Virus record (IMG/VR): IMGVR_UViG_3300028886_000029
Span: 238,007-302,006 of that record
From: a virus
Lineage: Duplodnaviria > Heunggongvirae > Uroviricota > Caudoviricetes
Strand: one strand, 5' to 3'
DNA length: 64,000 nucleotides
Of the stretch, positions 30,251 to 40,234 are shown piece after piece (position 1 is the first letter of the stretch; each line of letters begins with the position of its first letter). The notes below the pieces were generated by a model. That model saw only the letters and a program-made list of their open reading frames with translations. It made no database searches and was not told the DNA's origin. Made by a program: the position numbers and the translations under genes.

Positions 30251-32632
30251 ATGCAAAAGAAAATTGACATAGGGCAAAACGCGAAAATAAACATTGTTTG
30301 GAACATAAAACCTAATCAATACACAAAAGAAGAAGAGAACAGTATTAAATCCTTGTTCTCAAAAAAATATGGTGTTCCTGAAAAGAATATCATAATAGAA
30401 AAACATTTTGTTACTGAAAAGGGAAATGCGGAAGCGTTGAATAGCGAAAACATCAAAAACATACAAGACCCCACATTTCAGCATAAGCTTTTCAAACAAT
30501 ATTTAATTGAAAATAACATTGAAGATTATAATTTTGATGAGTTAGTTAAAATTGATTCAACAATCAACGCGCTTATAGATTATAATCAATATGAAAAAAG
30601 CAGAAATTACAAACTTAAATGGATTGATTGGAGTAATTTTCTTTGCTATGGGGAAAACAATCATTTTGATTTTACCACTTTACATGGTTTGGTTCTTTTA
30701 AATGGTGAACCAGCGAATAAAAGTGGTAAATCCACATTTGCTTACGACCTTCTCCATTTCTTGCTTTTCGGAAAAACAAAATCAGGTAAAGCCAATAACC
30801 TTAATGAGTTATTTAACAATTACATTCCTGACGCGACTGAAATGAAGGTTGAGGGTTGCATTAACATTGACGGAAAGGATTATATTATTAAAAGGACGGT
30901 AACAAGACCTGCCAAGTCAAAAAAGACTGTCAAAACAGCAAAACAAACCATTGAGTATTTTGCTGTTAATGAAATTGGCGATAGAGAAGAACTTGTGGAT
31001 GTTGAAAATTTACAGGAGGGAAGTGGTCAGAAAACCAACAAAATCATTAAGGACACCATTGGCAATGAAAAAGATTTCGACTTGATTATATCAGCAAACG
31101 CAAAAGACCTTGATGACCTCATTTCACTTAAAGAGGATGAGAGGGGAAAACTACTGTCAAGGTGGATTGGTCTTTCTTGTCTTGAAGACAAGGATATAAA
31201 AGCAAGGGAAATGTGGAACAAAAAAATATCAGTCGGAAGATATTGTGATATTTATAATAGAGAGACGTTGAAAGCCGAAATTGCGACACTTGAGGAAAAT
31301 AATAAAGAACTATCCGAAAGAAACCAAAAGGTTGAGGGGGATATATCGGCATCTGTAGCAAAAATCGAAAAATATAATGCTGAAAAAGAAAGATATATTA
31401 GCGGCAAAAAACCGGTTGATATGAATCTCTTAAAAAATGGTGATGTCACAACGCTTGAATCCAAACTCGTTAAAATTAAAGAAGACGGTATAAACAAAGC
31501 CGCTACACTTAAAAATCTTAAATCTGAAAGTAACGCTATTAAAGACACTGAATACTCCAATGAGGAATATCAAAAATTAAATAAAGAAAAAGATAGCATT
31601 GTCGAAAAAATATCGAACATAAAAGCGGAAATCAACCAACTCAAAAAGAAAAATGAAGACCTTGCAAACAGTGAATATTGTCCTACATGTCATAGAAAAT
31701 ATGAGAACGTGGACAACAGTGGTTTAATTGAGGAAAACAAAAAACAAATTAAAACTCTTATTGATGAGGGTGTTAAACTAAACACAAGAAAAGAGGAAAT
31801 AGTCAACAGATTGTCTGATTTGGAAACAATAAGACAAAACCAAATACAAAAAAACAAGATTGAGTTAAAAATCGCCGCAATAGAAACGGAATTAGCACAA
31901 GAAAGACTTAAATACAAGGAAATTTCCGATACAATTAAAAAACTTAATGACAATAAAGAAGCAATTAAATGGAACAATGAACTTGATGCTTCTATTAATG
32001 TGGTGAATGAAAGTATAAAGATTGAGGATAATATTAGACTTAGATTAAATAACGAACTATCTGAAAATAAGGGACAAATCCAAAATAACCTTAATTCAAT
32101 TAATGATAAAAAATCAATTATTGTCAGAATTGAAAACGAAATAGAGATAGAAAAGAATTGGAAACTTTATCTTAAGATAATTGGTAAGGATGGTATTTCC
32201 AAAATGGTTCTAAAAAACACATTACCAATCATTAACGGTGAGATAAACAATTTGCTTGGTGATGTCTCTGATTTTGATGTGGAAATCACTGTCAACGAAA
32301 AAAATGATGTTGATTTTTGGTTAATCAGAAACAATGTGAAATATAGGTTGTCAGCCGCATCAGGACTTGAAAAAACACAGGCTGCGTTGGCTCTAAGAGT
32401 TGTACTTGGTAAAATGAGTAACCTTAACAAACCACCGTTTGTCTTATTTGATGAGATACTTGGAACTGTTGCCAAAGAAAATTATGATGACATGAAAAAA
32501 TTATATGACAAAATATTAAGGAATTATGATTTTATTTTACATATTTGTCACATTGATTTGGATTGGTACAATGATGGCAACATAATTACAGTTTGTAAAG
32601 GAAAAGACAACATTTCTTACTTAAAAAATTAA
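30251..32632 (+). CDS. Rad50/SbcC/gp46-like recombination ATPase
   Basis: Walker A NKSGKST, coiled coil with CPTC zinc hook, signature ASGLEK, Walker B LFDE and H-loop ICH. Confidence 0.9.
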   Translation: MQKKIDIGQNAKINIVWNIKPNQYTKEEENSIKSLFSKKYGVPEKNIIIEKHFVTEKGNAEALNSENIKNIQDPTFQHKLFKQYLIENNIEDYNFDELVKIDSTINALIDYNQYEKSRNYKLKWIDWSNFLCYGENNHFDFTTLHGLVLLNGEPANKSGKSTFAYDLLHFLLFGKTKSGKANNLNELFNNYIPDATEMKVEGCINIDGKDYIIKRTVTRPAKSKKTVKTAKQTIEYFAVNEIGDREELVDVENLQEGSGQKTNKIIKDTIGNEKDFDLIISANAKDLDDLISLKEDERGKLLSRWIGLSCLEDKDIKAREMWNKKISVGRYCDIYNRETLKAEIATLEENNKELSERNQKVEGDISASVAKIEKYNAEKERYISGKKPVDMNLLKNGDVTTLESKLVKIKEDGINKAATLKNLKSESNAIKDTEYSNEEYQKLNKEKDSIVEKISNIKAEINQLKKKNEDLANSEYCPTCHRKYENVDNSGLIEENKKQIKTLIDEGVKLNTRKEEIVNRLSDLETIRQNQIQKNKIELKIAAIETELAQERLKYKEISDTIKKLNDNKEAIKWNNELDASINVVNESIKIEDNIRLRLNNELSENKGQIQNNLNSINDKKSIIVRIENEIEIEKNWKLYLKIIGKDGISKMVLKNTLPIINGEINNLLGDVSDFDVEITVNEKNDVDFWLIRNNVKYRLSAASGLEKTQAALALRVVLGKMSNLNKPPFVLFDEILGTVAKENYDDMKKLYDKILRNYDFILHICHIDLDWYNDGNIITVCKGKDNISYLKN

Positions 32633-32706
32633 AAAACCAATATTTATTTGTTTAACCAGGTTGGATGTACAACCATAAAAATAATTTGATATGACATAAT
32701 TAAAAA

Positions 32707-33402
32707 ATGAAAAGAAACAAAAATGTCATTGAATATGATAAAAACACGACCACATATTTCAATGAAATTAGTGAAAACAAACCTTTGTCTAAAGACGAAG
32801 AGTATGAGTTATGGAAAAAATATAAGGAAAACAATGACATTGAAGCCAGAAACAAACTGGTTTCCGCAAACCTTAAGTTCGTAACAACAATAGCGAAAAA
32901 ATACCAAGGGTTAGGTTTATCTTACAATGAATTGATTGCTGAGGGTAACATTGGGCTAATTAAGGCACTTGACAAATTTGACGCATCTAAAGGTTATAAA
33001 TTAATTAGTTATTCGGTATGGTGGATAAAGCAAGCGATAATTGAGGCAATTAATAAACGAAACATAATTGACGCTGAAGATATTCCATATAAAACAGTTG
33101 ACGAAAACGATGATATCTATGATGATACAGAGGAAATCTTACCATCACAGATGTATTCAGACGAACAGCAAAAAAAAGATAAAAAAAATGACGAAAAATC
33201 AACGGTTGGTTTTCTCATGAATTTTCTGTCCACCAAAGAAAAAAACATAATATCCAAATATTACGGATTAAACGGGGAAAAACCCAAAACATTGGAAGAG
33301 ATTGGTGAAGAACTTGGCATAACCAAAGAAAGGGTGAGACAAATTAACAAAATGAGTTTCGCTAAAATGAGAAGCGCATCACTTCTGATGTCAGAAAAAT
33401 AA
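32707..33402 (+). CDS. Sigma-70-family RNA polymerase sigma factor
   Basis: Region 2 ARNKLVSANLKFV...LIAEGNIGLIKA..KFD..KG.KLISYSVWWIKQ; region 4 TLEEIGEELGITKERVRQI. Confidence 0.92.
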   Translation: MKRNKNVIEYDKNTTTYFNEISENKPLSKDEEYELWKKYKENNDIEARNKLVSANLKFVTTIAKKYQGLGLSYNELIAEGNIGLIKALDKFDASKGYKLISYSVWWIKQAIIEAINKRNIIDAEDIPYKTVDENDDIYDDTEEILPSQMYSDEQQKKDKKNDEKSTVGFLMNFLSTKEKNIISKYYGLNGEKPKTLEEIGEELGITKERVRQINKMSFAKMRSASLLMSEK

Positions 33403-33434
33403 AAAATAAAAACTATTTATTAAAGTAAATTATT

Positions 33435-33809
33435 ATGGCAAAAACAACAAGTGCGGCAAAAGCACAATCAAAGAGAATTACTAAAAAAGATAATGTCGTT
33501 AAAGACACTAAACTTGAAAAAATAGAAGAAGCGATTGAGAAAGCCGATACCGACATTGACATTAAAGAAATAAAAATGCCTGAACCTGACATGTCGGAAG
33601 TGAAGGACGTTATTGAGACCATCAATACTGTCACTGAAAAAGAAAAAGAACTAACAGACTTGTTAGAAAATAATACCGACAAGGCAGAGGATTTCATTGA
33701 AGAAGAGTTGAAAAAAGTTGAGGAAACAGAAAAAAAGATTGAAAAAATAACAAAATCGTCCACTAACAACACAACATATACATGGAATGGAATGTACGGT
33801 GGATATTAA
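33435..33809 (+). CDS. Hypothetical coiled-coil protein
   Basis: 124-aa ORF; late motif at 33412-33420. Confidence 0.55.
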   Translation: MAKTTSAAKAQSKRITKKDNVVKDTKLEKIEEAIEKADTDIDIKEIKMPEPDMSEVKDVIETINTVTEKEKELTDLLENNTDKAEDFIEEELKKVEETEKKIEKITKSSTNNTTYTWNGMYGGY

Positions 33810-33827
33810 TAAACAAAACCAAGTAAA

Positions 33828-34316
33828 ATGAGAAACGAAGATTTAGTTACAAGGGACATACTTGACAAAATCAGGACAATGTGTGAAAATCTCACTGATG
33901 GGAATAAAATACTGACTGAGGCCGATGACAAAAATGGGGAGTCAATAGCAATAACTGATGACCCTAAATTTGGTGACAGTGTGTTGACAAACCAAATTGA
34001 ACAATTCAGAACATCAGTTGATGGTGGTGCGCAATTCGCAAGGCCAACTGAAAATGTGTCTGATTGTCCGCTTATATATATGCCAACAACAGGAAACCTT
34101 ATATTTAGCGGCACAATACCAAGACTTAACAATCTAAAATTCCAATTTGTTTTAAGAACCAATACAGGTAATGGTTGTTTTATTTGGGCTGACGGTTTGA
34201 TTCTTTCGGACGAAAACATGAAAACTATCAACAAAATTTTAGGTTTCTACAAAAACTGGTGTAACAGTTGGGAACAACAATCTGGTGATTTGGAAGCACT
34301 TAAAAATTTAATATAA
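33828..34316 (+). CDS. Hypothetical protein
   Basis: 162-aa ORF; N-terminus DILDKIRTM...ILTEA. Confidence 0.6.
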   Translation: MRNEDLVTRDILDKIRTMCENLTDGNKILTEADDKNGESIAITDDPKFGDSVLTNQIEQFRTSVDGGAQFARPTENVSDCPLIYMPTTGNLIFSGTIPRLNNLKFQFVLRTNTGNGCFIWADGLILSDENMKTINKILGFYKNWCNSWEQQSGDLEALKNLI

Positions 34317-34317
34317 A

Positions 34318-34350
34318 AAAAAAGGAGAACAATAACAGTTCTCCTTTTTT
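34318..34350. terminator. Bidirectional terminator
   Basis: aaaaaaggagaac-aataaca-gttctcctttttt. Confidence 0.8.
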
Positions 34351-34351
34351 G

Positions 34352-35038
34352 TTAAATATTACTTACATCCAAATCCAAATCAATCGGTTCCTCATCACCA
34401 TCCAGAGCCTTTTTGAAAGCCTCTTGTTCTTCAGGTGTGGCGTTATTGTAAGCCTCAACGATTTTTTCCGACATATTCCAACAATTTGAAAGTGACTGCA
34501 AAGCATTATTTCCAAAAACATCACCAAAAGCCTGTAAAACCTCAAAAACATTTTTATTTCTGATAAGGTTCTCAATATTCTCACCAAGAATTTCCTCAGT
34601 TAATTGTTTTTTGGTTAAAACACGTCCGTTTTTCCTCATCTCGTGCAATCTTGCGATTTCAACATTTTTTTTCGAAAAAGACCTCATTTCGGAAACACCG
34701 TTAGTCACATCTTCAGTGTTGTCTTTTGCCACCACTTTATTTATGTCAACACCGTTACTGACCGCTTGCTGTACTGAACTTGTAACAGCGTCCTTAATGT
34801 TACTTTTATTACTATCAAACGCAATCTCAATTTCGTCTTTGTCTGACGCGTTGTTGTTAATTGATTTACCTTGTAGTGCGATGGAAGAGGGTGTTAAACC
34901 TGCTTTAATCGCATCATTGTATTTTTCTTGCGCGTTTGTACCCATTTCATTGGCGTTATTACCGGTAAAAGTAACAACAGTTTTTTTACTGTCCATTATC
35001 TCATTTAATTGAGATTTTGTTATTATAATCTTTTTCAT
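34352..35038 (-). CDS. Probable internal head protein with IIIT leader
   Basis: MKKIIITKSQLNE leader and internal VLTKKQLTE. Confidence 0.55.
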   Translation of the reverse strand: MKKIIITKSQLNEIMDSKKTVVTFTGNNANEMGTNAQEKYNDAIKAGLTPSSIALQGKSINNNASDKDEIEIAFDSNKSNIKDAVTSSVQQAVSNGVDINKVVAKDNTEDVTNGVSEMRSFSKKNVEIARLHEMRKNGRVLTKKQLTEEILGENIENLIRNKNVFEVLQAFGDVFGNNALQSLSNCWNMSEKIVEAYNNATPEEQEAFKKALDGDEEPIDLDLDVSNI

Positions 35039-35631
35039 TATTTTTTGGTGTTAAAATCAGGGTTATTAAACGGTGTGTTTTTTAATTGTTTTTTGGTTTT
35101 TTCATTTTTTAGGGTTTCTTTCTTTTCTCCATTATCCATAAAAGTCTCATTTATTCTATCCAACTGTTTTTTAGTGAAAACAACTGATTCCATTGGCATT
35201 TCCTGACTGTCATCCATAGGACTTTCAATACTATCACCTTCCATGTTTACATCACCGTCACCGCTTTCTCCGTCAAGTGAATCTAACATGCCACTAATCC
35301 ACTTTCCTAAATCCTCTTTGTCTTGGCCTTGATATGACCTGTAGTCAGCACATGCCTTACCAATGTTTTTTTGGATTTCTTTTCTATCCTTTTCAGGGTT
35401 ACTCCCCATGTCCTGCTCACCACCCATCATATTAGGTGCTTCACCCATATTCATACTTGTGTCACCCATTGGTGGTGCGTCATTACCTTGCATTCCCATA
35501 TCAGGATTCATTCCCATTGAACCATCAAGTCCCCCTTGTGGTTGTTGGGTTTCATCAGGTGAAACCATAGAAGCATCACCCATTGGCATATCTTGTTCAG
35601 GTTCAGCCACAGGTGATGCTTTTTTCTTCAA
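35038..35631 (-). CDS. Low-complexity Met/Gly/Asp-rich hypothetical (probable head protein)
   Basis: 197-aa ORF with a VFTKKQLDRINE motif. Confidence 0.5.
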   Translation of the reverse strand: MKKKASPVAEPEQDMPMGDASMVSPDETQQPQGGLDGSMGMNPDMGMQGNDAPPMGDTSMNMGEAPNMMGGEQDMGSNPEKDRKEIQKNIGKACADYRSYQGQDKEDLGKWISGMLDSLDGESGDGDVNMEGDSIESPMDDSQEMPMESVVFTKKQLDRINETFMDNGEKKETLKNEKTKKQLKNTPFNNPDFNTKK

Positions 35632-35651
35632 TTTAAGAACTTTCTTTTCAG

Positions 35652-37286
35652 TTAGTCCACTTTTTTTTTATTGTCAAGGGGAACACCGTGTTTTAACTGA
35701 TATTTGATATCAGCAGCAACCTTGTCAACTAATTGTTTGAAAGGTGAACTGTCACCGATTTGTTTACCAAATGGCTCCTCATTATGTACACTGTCATCGT
35801 TAATGTCCTCACCATGTTCGTTCTTGTCTTCACCTGTAGGTGGTAATGTCATGGGCTTTTTTCTGTAACCAGGATGGTCACCAAACACATGAAGTTCATC
35901 CTCATTGACAAACTGTCTAACAACAGATTCAATAATGGTGTTCATAGCCTTTTTCTTTGACTCATCAAACATAGGCTCTTCCATATCTTCTTCTTCAGCA
36001 TCAACAGGTTCCTCAGGAACGTCCTCATTGAAATCACTTTCACTGTCATCAACATCACCCATAGGTTCCTCCATAGGGTCTTCCATTGATTCAGGTTCCT
36101 CTACAGCTTCTTCACCAGACTCAAGTCCTGCAAGAACTGACTGCAATCTTTCGATTTCAGCCTGTACAGCCTCAGGGTCGGTCTCATCAATGGGTTCGGT
36201 TTCTTCTTCCTCATCATCATCGAAATCAAGTGACTCCTCTTCTTCATCACCAATCTCAGGTTCCTCACCGTCAATAGGCTCTTCCATAGACTCATCGTCA
36301 CCGTCAAGTTCCTCATCATCATAATCACCCTCAAACTCTGAATCAACATCATCATCGTCAAAGGTATCAGTGTCATCAATCTCAGGTTCGTCATCTTCCA
36401 TTAAATGACCGTCAGGTGAACCAACACCTTCCTGTGAAGGAAGACCTTCAGAACCCCACTCTCTTTCACCTTCCTCATTTACTTCTTTCTTGCAAGTGCA
36501 AGCGGCACCTTCCTTACCGCAGTCAGGACAAACATTGGAATCCTCATTCACTTTCTCCTGATTTTCCATATCCCAACCGATAGAGGCAGGTTCCTCACCC
36601 TTGTTCATACCAGCGTCAAAGTCAGTATCAGTCGCAAGACTCTCATTTAAATCCTTACTCTTGACAGGTTCTTTCTCAAATGGGGTTGCCTTTTTGTCAA
36701 GACCAACATGGCTTCCCTTGTAGTCAGGGTCAGCGGTAGCGTCCTTACTTCCTTCGGCTTTATCACCCTTTGAGCCAGTCTCAGCCTCAGGTTGTGATGT
36801 TGAACAAGCGGCACCACCCTTTACGGCATAGTCTGTAGACTCATTCATAATCATAGCGGAATTGTACATGATTTGTCTTTGTCTTGCGATTGAGTCCTTC
36901 ATCTTATCTGATGCCTCAGCAAGAACAATCTCTTTCTTAAACGGGTCAAGAGTAGTGATATTAACCTTATTCTCATAAGCCTCATTAAGTGAAGATAACT
37001 TTAGCTCAAGATTTTTAAGAGCGTTATTGTAGCTATCGTACTGATAAGCCTTTTTGTTCATATAACCACCAATATAGTCATATGACTCCGCAAGATTTTG
37101 TTTACCCTCACTTGTCTGTTTAATATAATATTGGTTAAATTCTTTCACAATACCATAATACTTACCGTCAGCACCTTTCTTGGTATACTCCAAGGTATGG
37201 TTGTTTTGTTTGTTGTTTTCTTCTTTAACCATGCCATAAGTATAAAGCTGTTTCATTCTGGCGATGGTATCTTCAAAGTTACCCAT
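35652..37286 (-). CDS. Acidic scaffold-like internal head protein
   Basis: Long D/E-rich region with many LNE/VNE/LME sites; leader EDTIARMKQL; late-type motif at 37328-37336. Confidence 0.6.
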   Translation of the reverse strand: MGNFEDTIARMKQLYTYGMVKEENNKQNNHTLEYTKKGADGKYYGIVKEFNQYYIKQTSEGKQNLAESYDYIGGYMNKKAYQYDSYNNALKNLELKLSSLNEAYENKVNITTLDPFKKEIVLAEASDKMKDSIARQRQIMYNSAMIMNESTDYAVKGGAACSTSQPEAETGSKGDKAEGSKDATADPDYKGSHVGLDKKATPFEKEPVKSKDLNESLATDTDFDAGMNKGEEPASIGWDMENQEKVNEDSNVCPDCGKEGAACTCKKEVNEEGEREWGSEGLPSQEGVGSPDGHLMEDDEPEIDDTDTFDDDDVDSEFEGDYDDEELDGDDESMEEPIDGEEPEIGDEEEESLDFDDDEEEETEPIDETDPEAVQAEIERLQSVLAGLESGEEAVEEPESMEDPMEEPMGDVDDSESDFNEDVPEEPVDAEEEDMEEPMFDESKKKAMNTIIESVVRQFVNEDELHVFGDHPGYRKKPMTLPPTGEDKNEHGEDINDDSVHNEEPFGKQIGDSSPFKQLVDKVAADIKYQLKHGVPLDNKKKVD

Positions 37287-37354
37287 TTTATAATGTTTTA
37301 AATATATTATTTTCAATTATTTTTCTTATAAATATCTATTAATTTAAAAAAAGT

Positions 37355-40066
37355 CTACAAACTACTTAAAATATCATAACTTTTTGTCTTTAATTTATAT
37401 AATTTGTTTAAATAACCGTTTCTTCTTAATGATTTGAAAATCACATTTTCATTTGAAAGTTCCTTTCCTCCACTTTTTTCAAAACCGGTTTTTCTCATGG
37501 TTTTAATCTCATCCCACAATCTTTGGGATTTTTCGGATATTTTAGACAACTTATATTCACTTTTTTTGTTTTTCTTATATAGATAAACCAATTTGTCAAT
37601 TTGATTCATATATTCGGAAACTTTGTCTCTTATGTATTTTTTATTGACTTTGGATGTGGCTAAGACATCTCTCTCAGGCTCAACAATCCAAGTGTCCCTA
37701 TCCAATGAATAAACACCACTTGAACTATGCTTCTCATTGGTGTCCTGCACATATAATTCAACAGGAAACCCAAATATGGTAATGTCTTTATGCTCATCGT
37801 TCCACTGTGTTTTCTTTGCCAAGAAATAGTTTTTAACCAAGTCAACATTATCATCAACATCAGAATAGTCCATCAAAATATGCAAATCAATATCAGAATA
37901 TCTGCCATCCCAATTAAAATTCGCTAATGAACCGGTCATTATAATGTCTTTTGGTTTTACCCAATCAACATCTATAAAATCAATAAAATCATCCGCAATG
38001 TCAAGTAATTTTAACCTAATCCTTGAATCAAGATGTCCGTCTTGCCAAAACTTGGGGTTCAGTTTCTTTTTTATGTTAAAAGACGATAAATCAACATCTT
38101 CTGGATTAACAATTTCTTTTTCAATGTTTTCCTTAATATTACCACTGATGTAATCACAAGAATACTTACCACCCTCAATAAACGCGGATGACAAGTCACC
38201 TCTTTGGTGAACGACATCCAAGCACCTGTTTATTAAAATCAAAATATCTTCGGCACTTGCGTTAGGTGTGTATGAGTTAATGTTTTTGAATAACGGTTGT
38301 AAACCATAATCAGACCAACCATCACTACCGTCAGGTAATTTGCACCAATCGTAAAAACCAAGGCTTTCGAGATATTCAAAACCTGATTCATAATCAACAA
38401 CTTCTTCCGCGTCAAAATAGTCAGAAACATCTTCAACAGGAAAATATTCTGAATGTCCTGCAAGATTTGTTATATTTTCAATGTCAATAGCGTTTGGCAC
38501 TATAATGTCAAAGAACCAACTATGGACAACATTGTAAGGTATTCTTGCCATTGTGGGATTTTCCATGAATCTTTGGAGTAATGTGTGATACTGCTGTGCA
38601 GGTATAAGATTCCATTTTTTTTGTTTTATATTATGCTTGATGTCATAATCAAACTCACTTAACAAATCATAACAGCCATGGTCTTCATAAATATCCTGCA
38701 AGTCTTCCCATGATTCGTTTAACTTGCTTTCTTTCAATGTGAACGGCATTGTTCCAAAGTATTTTCCACAATCTTTACAAACATAAACCGGTTCACCGTG
38801 AATTTGCACAACAACCTTTCCCCCACATTTATCACATTTTTCAGGTACAATCTCACCCTTGTCGTTTTTGACTGTTTTTTTGGTTTCGTTCACATGATAA
38901 TACGGACTAATATCACCCTTTTCAGGTGCCAATTCGTATGTGTCAGATTCAACATTCTCATAAACAGATGAATTTGCCGCTCTCATGTAATACTCCATTG
39001 GTGTTAGCACTTCACCACTATATGTGATATATTTGTCACCACTACTTTGTGTTTGTACCTTTACAATTTCTTCACTTGGTTTTGCGAAACAACAGTTCAT
39101 TGTTGGCGCGATTGAATCAAACATACCGTTAAAAAACCATTTGTATGGTACACTGGAATCACCAAAAGTTGTGTTACTTGTGTCCCATAAATCCACAATT
39201 AAAGTATTGAGGTTAAGAGAAACACCATGTCTCATCAACAAATCAACGGCTTCTCTTAAATAATGTCTGTTATTTTTTTGAAAAGGGGTTGTCCAAAAAC
39301 TAATCACATTATTATTTTCCCAATATCTACCGGTTAAATATGGGTTTACGATATCATTAAAATCCTCCGCCTCATAATCAAAGTCTTCTATTACTCCATT
39401 GGTAATTAGTTCTTTGATTATACCATAATGTGTTGTCCCTTTGTCGGTATAAAACTCATCGTTTTTTAACAAAAGTAAAAATGTGATAGCATCATCATCA
39501 GTAAAATAATTACCTGCAATTGTTGAATCGGGTGACTCATTTAATTTATTTTGAGGTGTTAATTGACACATATCATCTTTAACAGATTCATTTATGTTTA
39601 ATGGTTCTTTAGATAAAATAGGTTCTTCAGACCAAAGGCACATACAATATGAAGAATCTTGATTCACATAAAAACAATATGAATTAATCCCTTGTTCTAA
39701 TAGTTCTTGTGCTTCTTCCTCACTTGGTCCATCAATATAATCAATACCCATATCATCCACTTCATAGATAGTGCCATTACATTTTGACATATCTATTTTA
39801 TAAACAGTAACAGCATCACCGTATTCGCTTGCATATTCTAAATCATCAGTAAGCCATAAAAGATGAGGTGTTGTATTTGACTTCTCACCAAATTTCTTTT
39901 TGAACCCCCTATACCAAGTTTTAATATTACTGGATGTGGATTCACACATACCGACAACACCATCCATAATACCGGCATTGACTTTACCACCAACCTGGTC
40001 TTGAGCCGCAATAGCCTTCTTTAACTTTTTCTTTTGTTTCTCTGTTATATAAATTGTTTTCGCCAT
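37355..40066 (-). CDS. Multidomain polyvalent protein: ART-like domain, unknown domains, zinc ribbon, C-terminal Pol-beta nucleotidyltransferase
   Basis: WYRG...LWLTDDLEYASEYG (ART-like), CDKC/CKDC, GSLANFNW...SDIDLHI...VELYVQD (NTase); IYITE leader. Confidence 0.65.
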   Translation of the reverse strand: MAKTIYITEKQKKKLKKAIAAQDQVGGKVNAGIMDGVVGMCESTSSNIKTWYRGFKKKFGEKSNTTPHLLWLTDDLEYASEYGDAVTVYKIDMSKCNGTIYEVDDMGIDYIDGPSEEEAQELLEQGINSYCFYVNQDSSYCMCLWSEEPILSKEPLNINESVKDDMCQLTPQNKLNESPDSTIAGNYFTDDDAITFLLLLKNDEFYTDKGTTHYGIIKELITNGVIEDFDYEAEDFNDIVNPYLTGRYWENNNVISFWTTPFQKNNRHYLREAVDLLMRHGVSLNLNTLIVDLWDTSNTTFGDSSVPYKWFFNGMFDSIAPTMNCCFAKPSEEIVKVQTQSSGDKYITYSGEVLTPMEYYMRAANSSVYENVESDTYELAPEKGDISPYYHVNETKKTVKNDKGEIVPEKCDKCGGKVVVQIHGEPVYVCKDCGKYFGTMPFTLKESKLNESWEDLQDIYEDHGCYDLLSEFDYDIKHNIKQKKWNLIPAQQYHTLLQRFMENPTMARIPYNVVHSWFFDIIVPNAIDIENITNLAGHSEYFPVEDVSDYFDAEEVVDYESGFEYLESLGFYDWCKLPDGSDGWSDYGLQPLFKNINSYTPNASAEDILILINRCLDVVHQRGDLSSAFIEGGKYSCDYISGNIKENIEKEIVNPEDVDLSSFNIKKKLNPKFWQDGHLDSRIRLKLLDIADDFIDFIDVDWVKPKDIIMTGSLANFNWDGRYSDIDLHILMDYSDVDDNVDLVKNYFLAKKTQWNDEHKDITIFGFPVELYVQDTNEKHSSSGVYSLDRDTWIVEPERDVLATSKVNKKYIRDKVSEYMNQIDKLVYLYKKNKKSEYKLSKISEKSQRLWDEIKTMRKTGFEKSGGKELSNENVIFKSLRRNGYLNKLYKLKTKSYDILSSL

Positions 40067-40148
40067 ATCAAAAATATTATATTAATAAATATAATATAAA
40101 ATTAGAAAAACGCAACACAAAAAAATCGACTAATTTTGGTTTTTACTT

Positions 40149-40177
40149 AGTCATATACTATTTAATAGTATATGACT
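40149..40177 (+). repeat. Conserved 29-bp palindrome, copy 2, containing ACTATTTA
   Basis: Perfect 14-1-14 palindrome agtcatatactatt-t-aatagtatatgact, 57 nt upstream of an LRR gene. Confidence 0.9.
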
Positions 40178-40234
40178 GTCCTCATCGTGAAATTAGATAC
40201 AGTCATTTAAAATAAAGGTTTAAATAAAAAATAT

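Noticed and set aside
27376-40148. TTAC just before palindrome copies 1 and 2 as evidence of TnpA mobilisation
   Set aside because: Copies 3 and 4 have TTGT at the same position, and the palindrome does not resemble the IS end hairpins, so this is too weak to claim.
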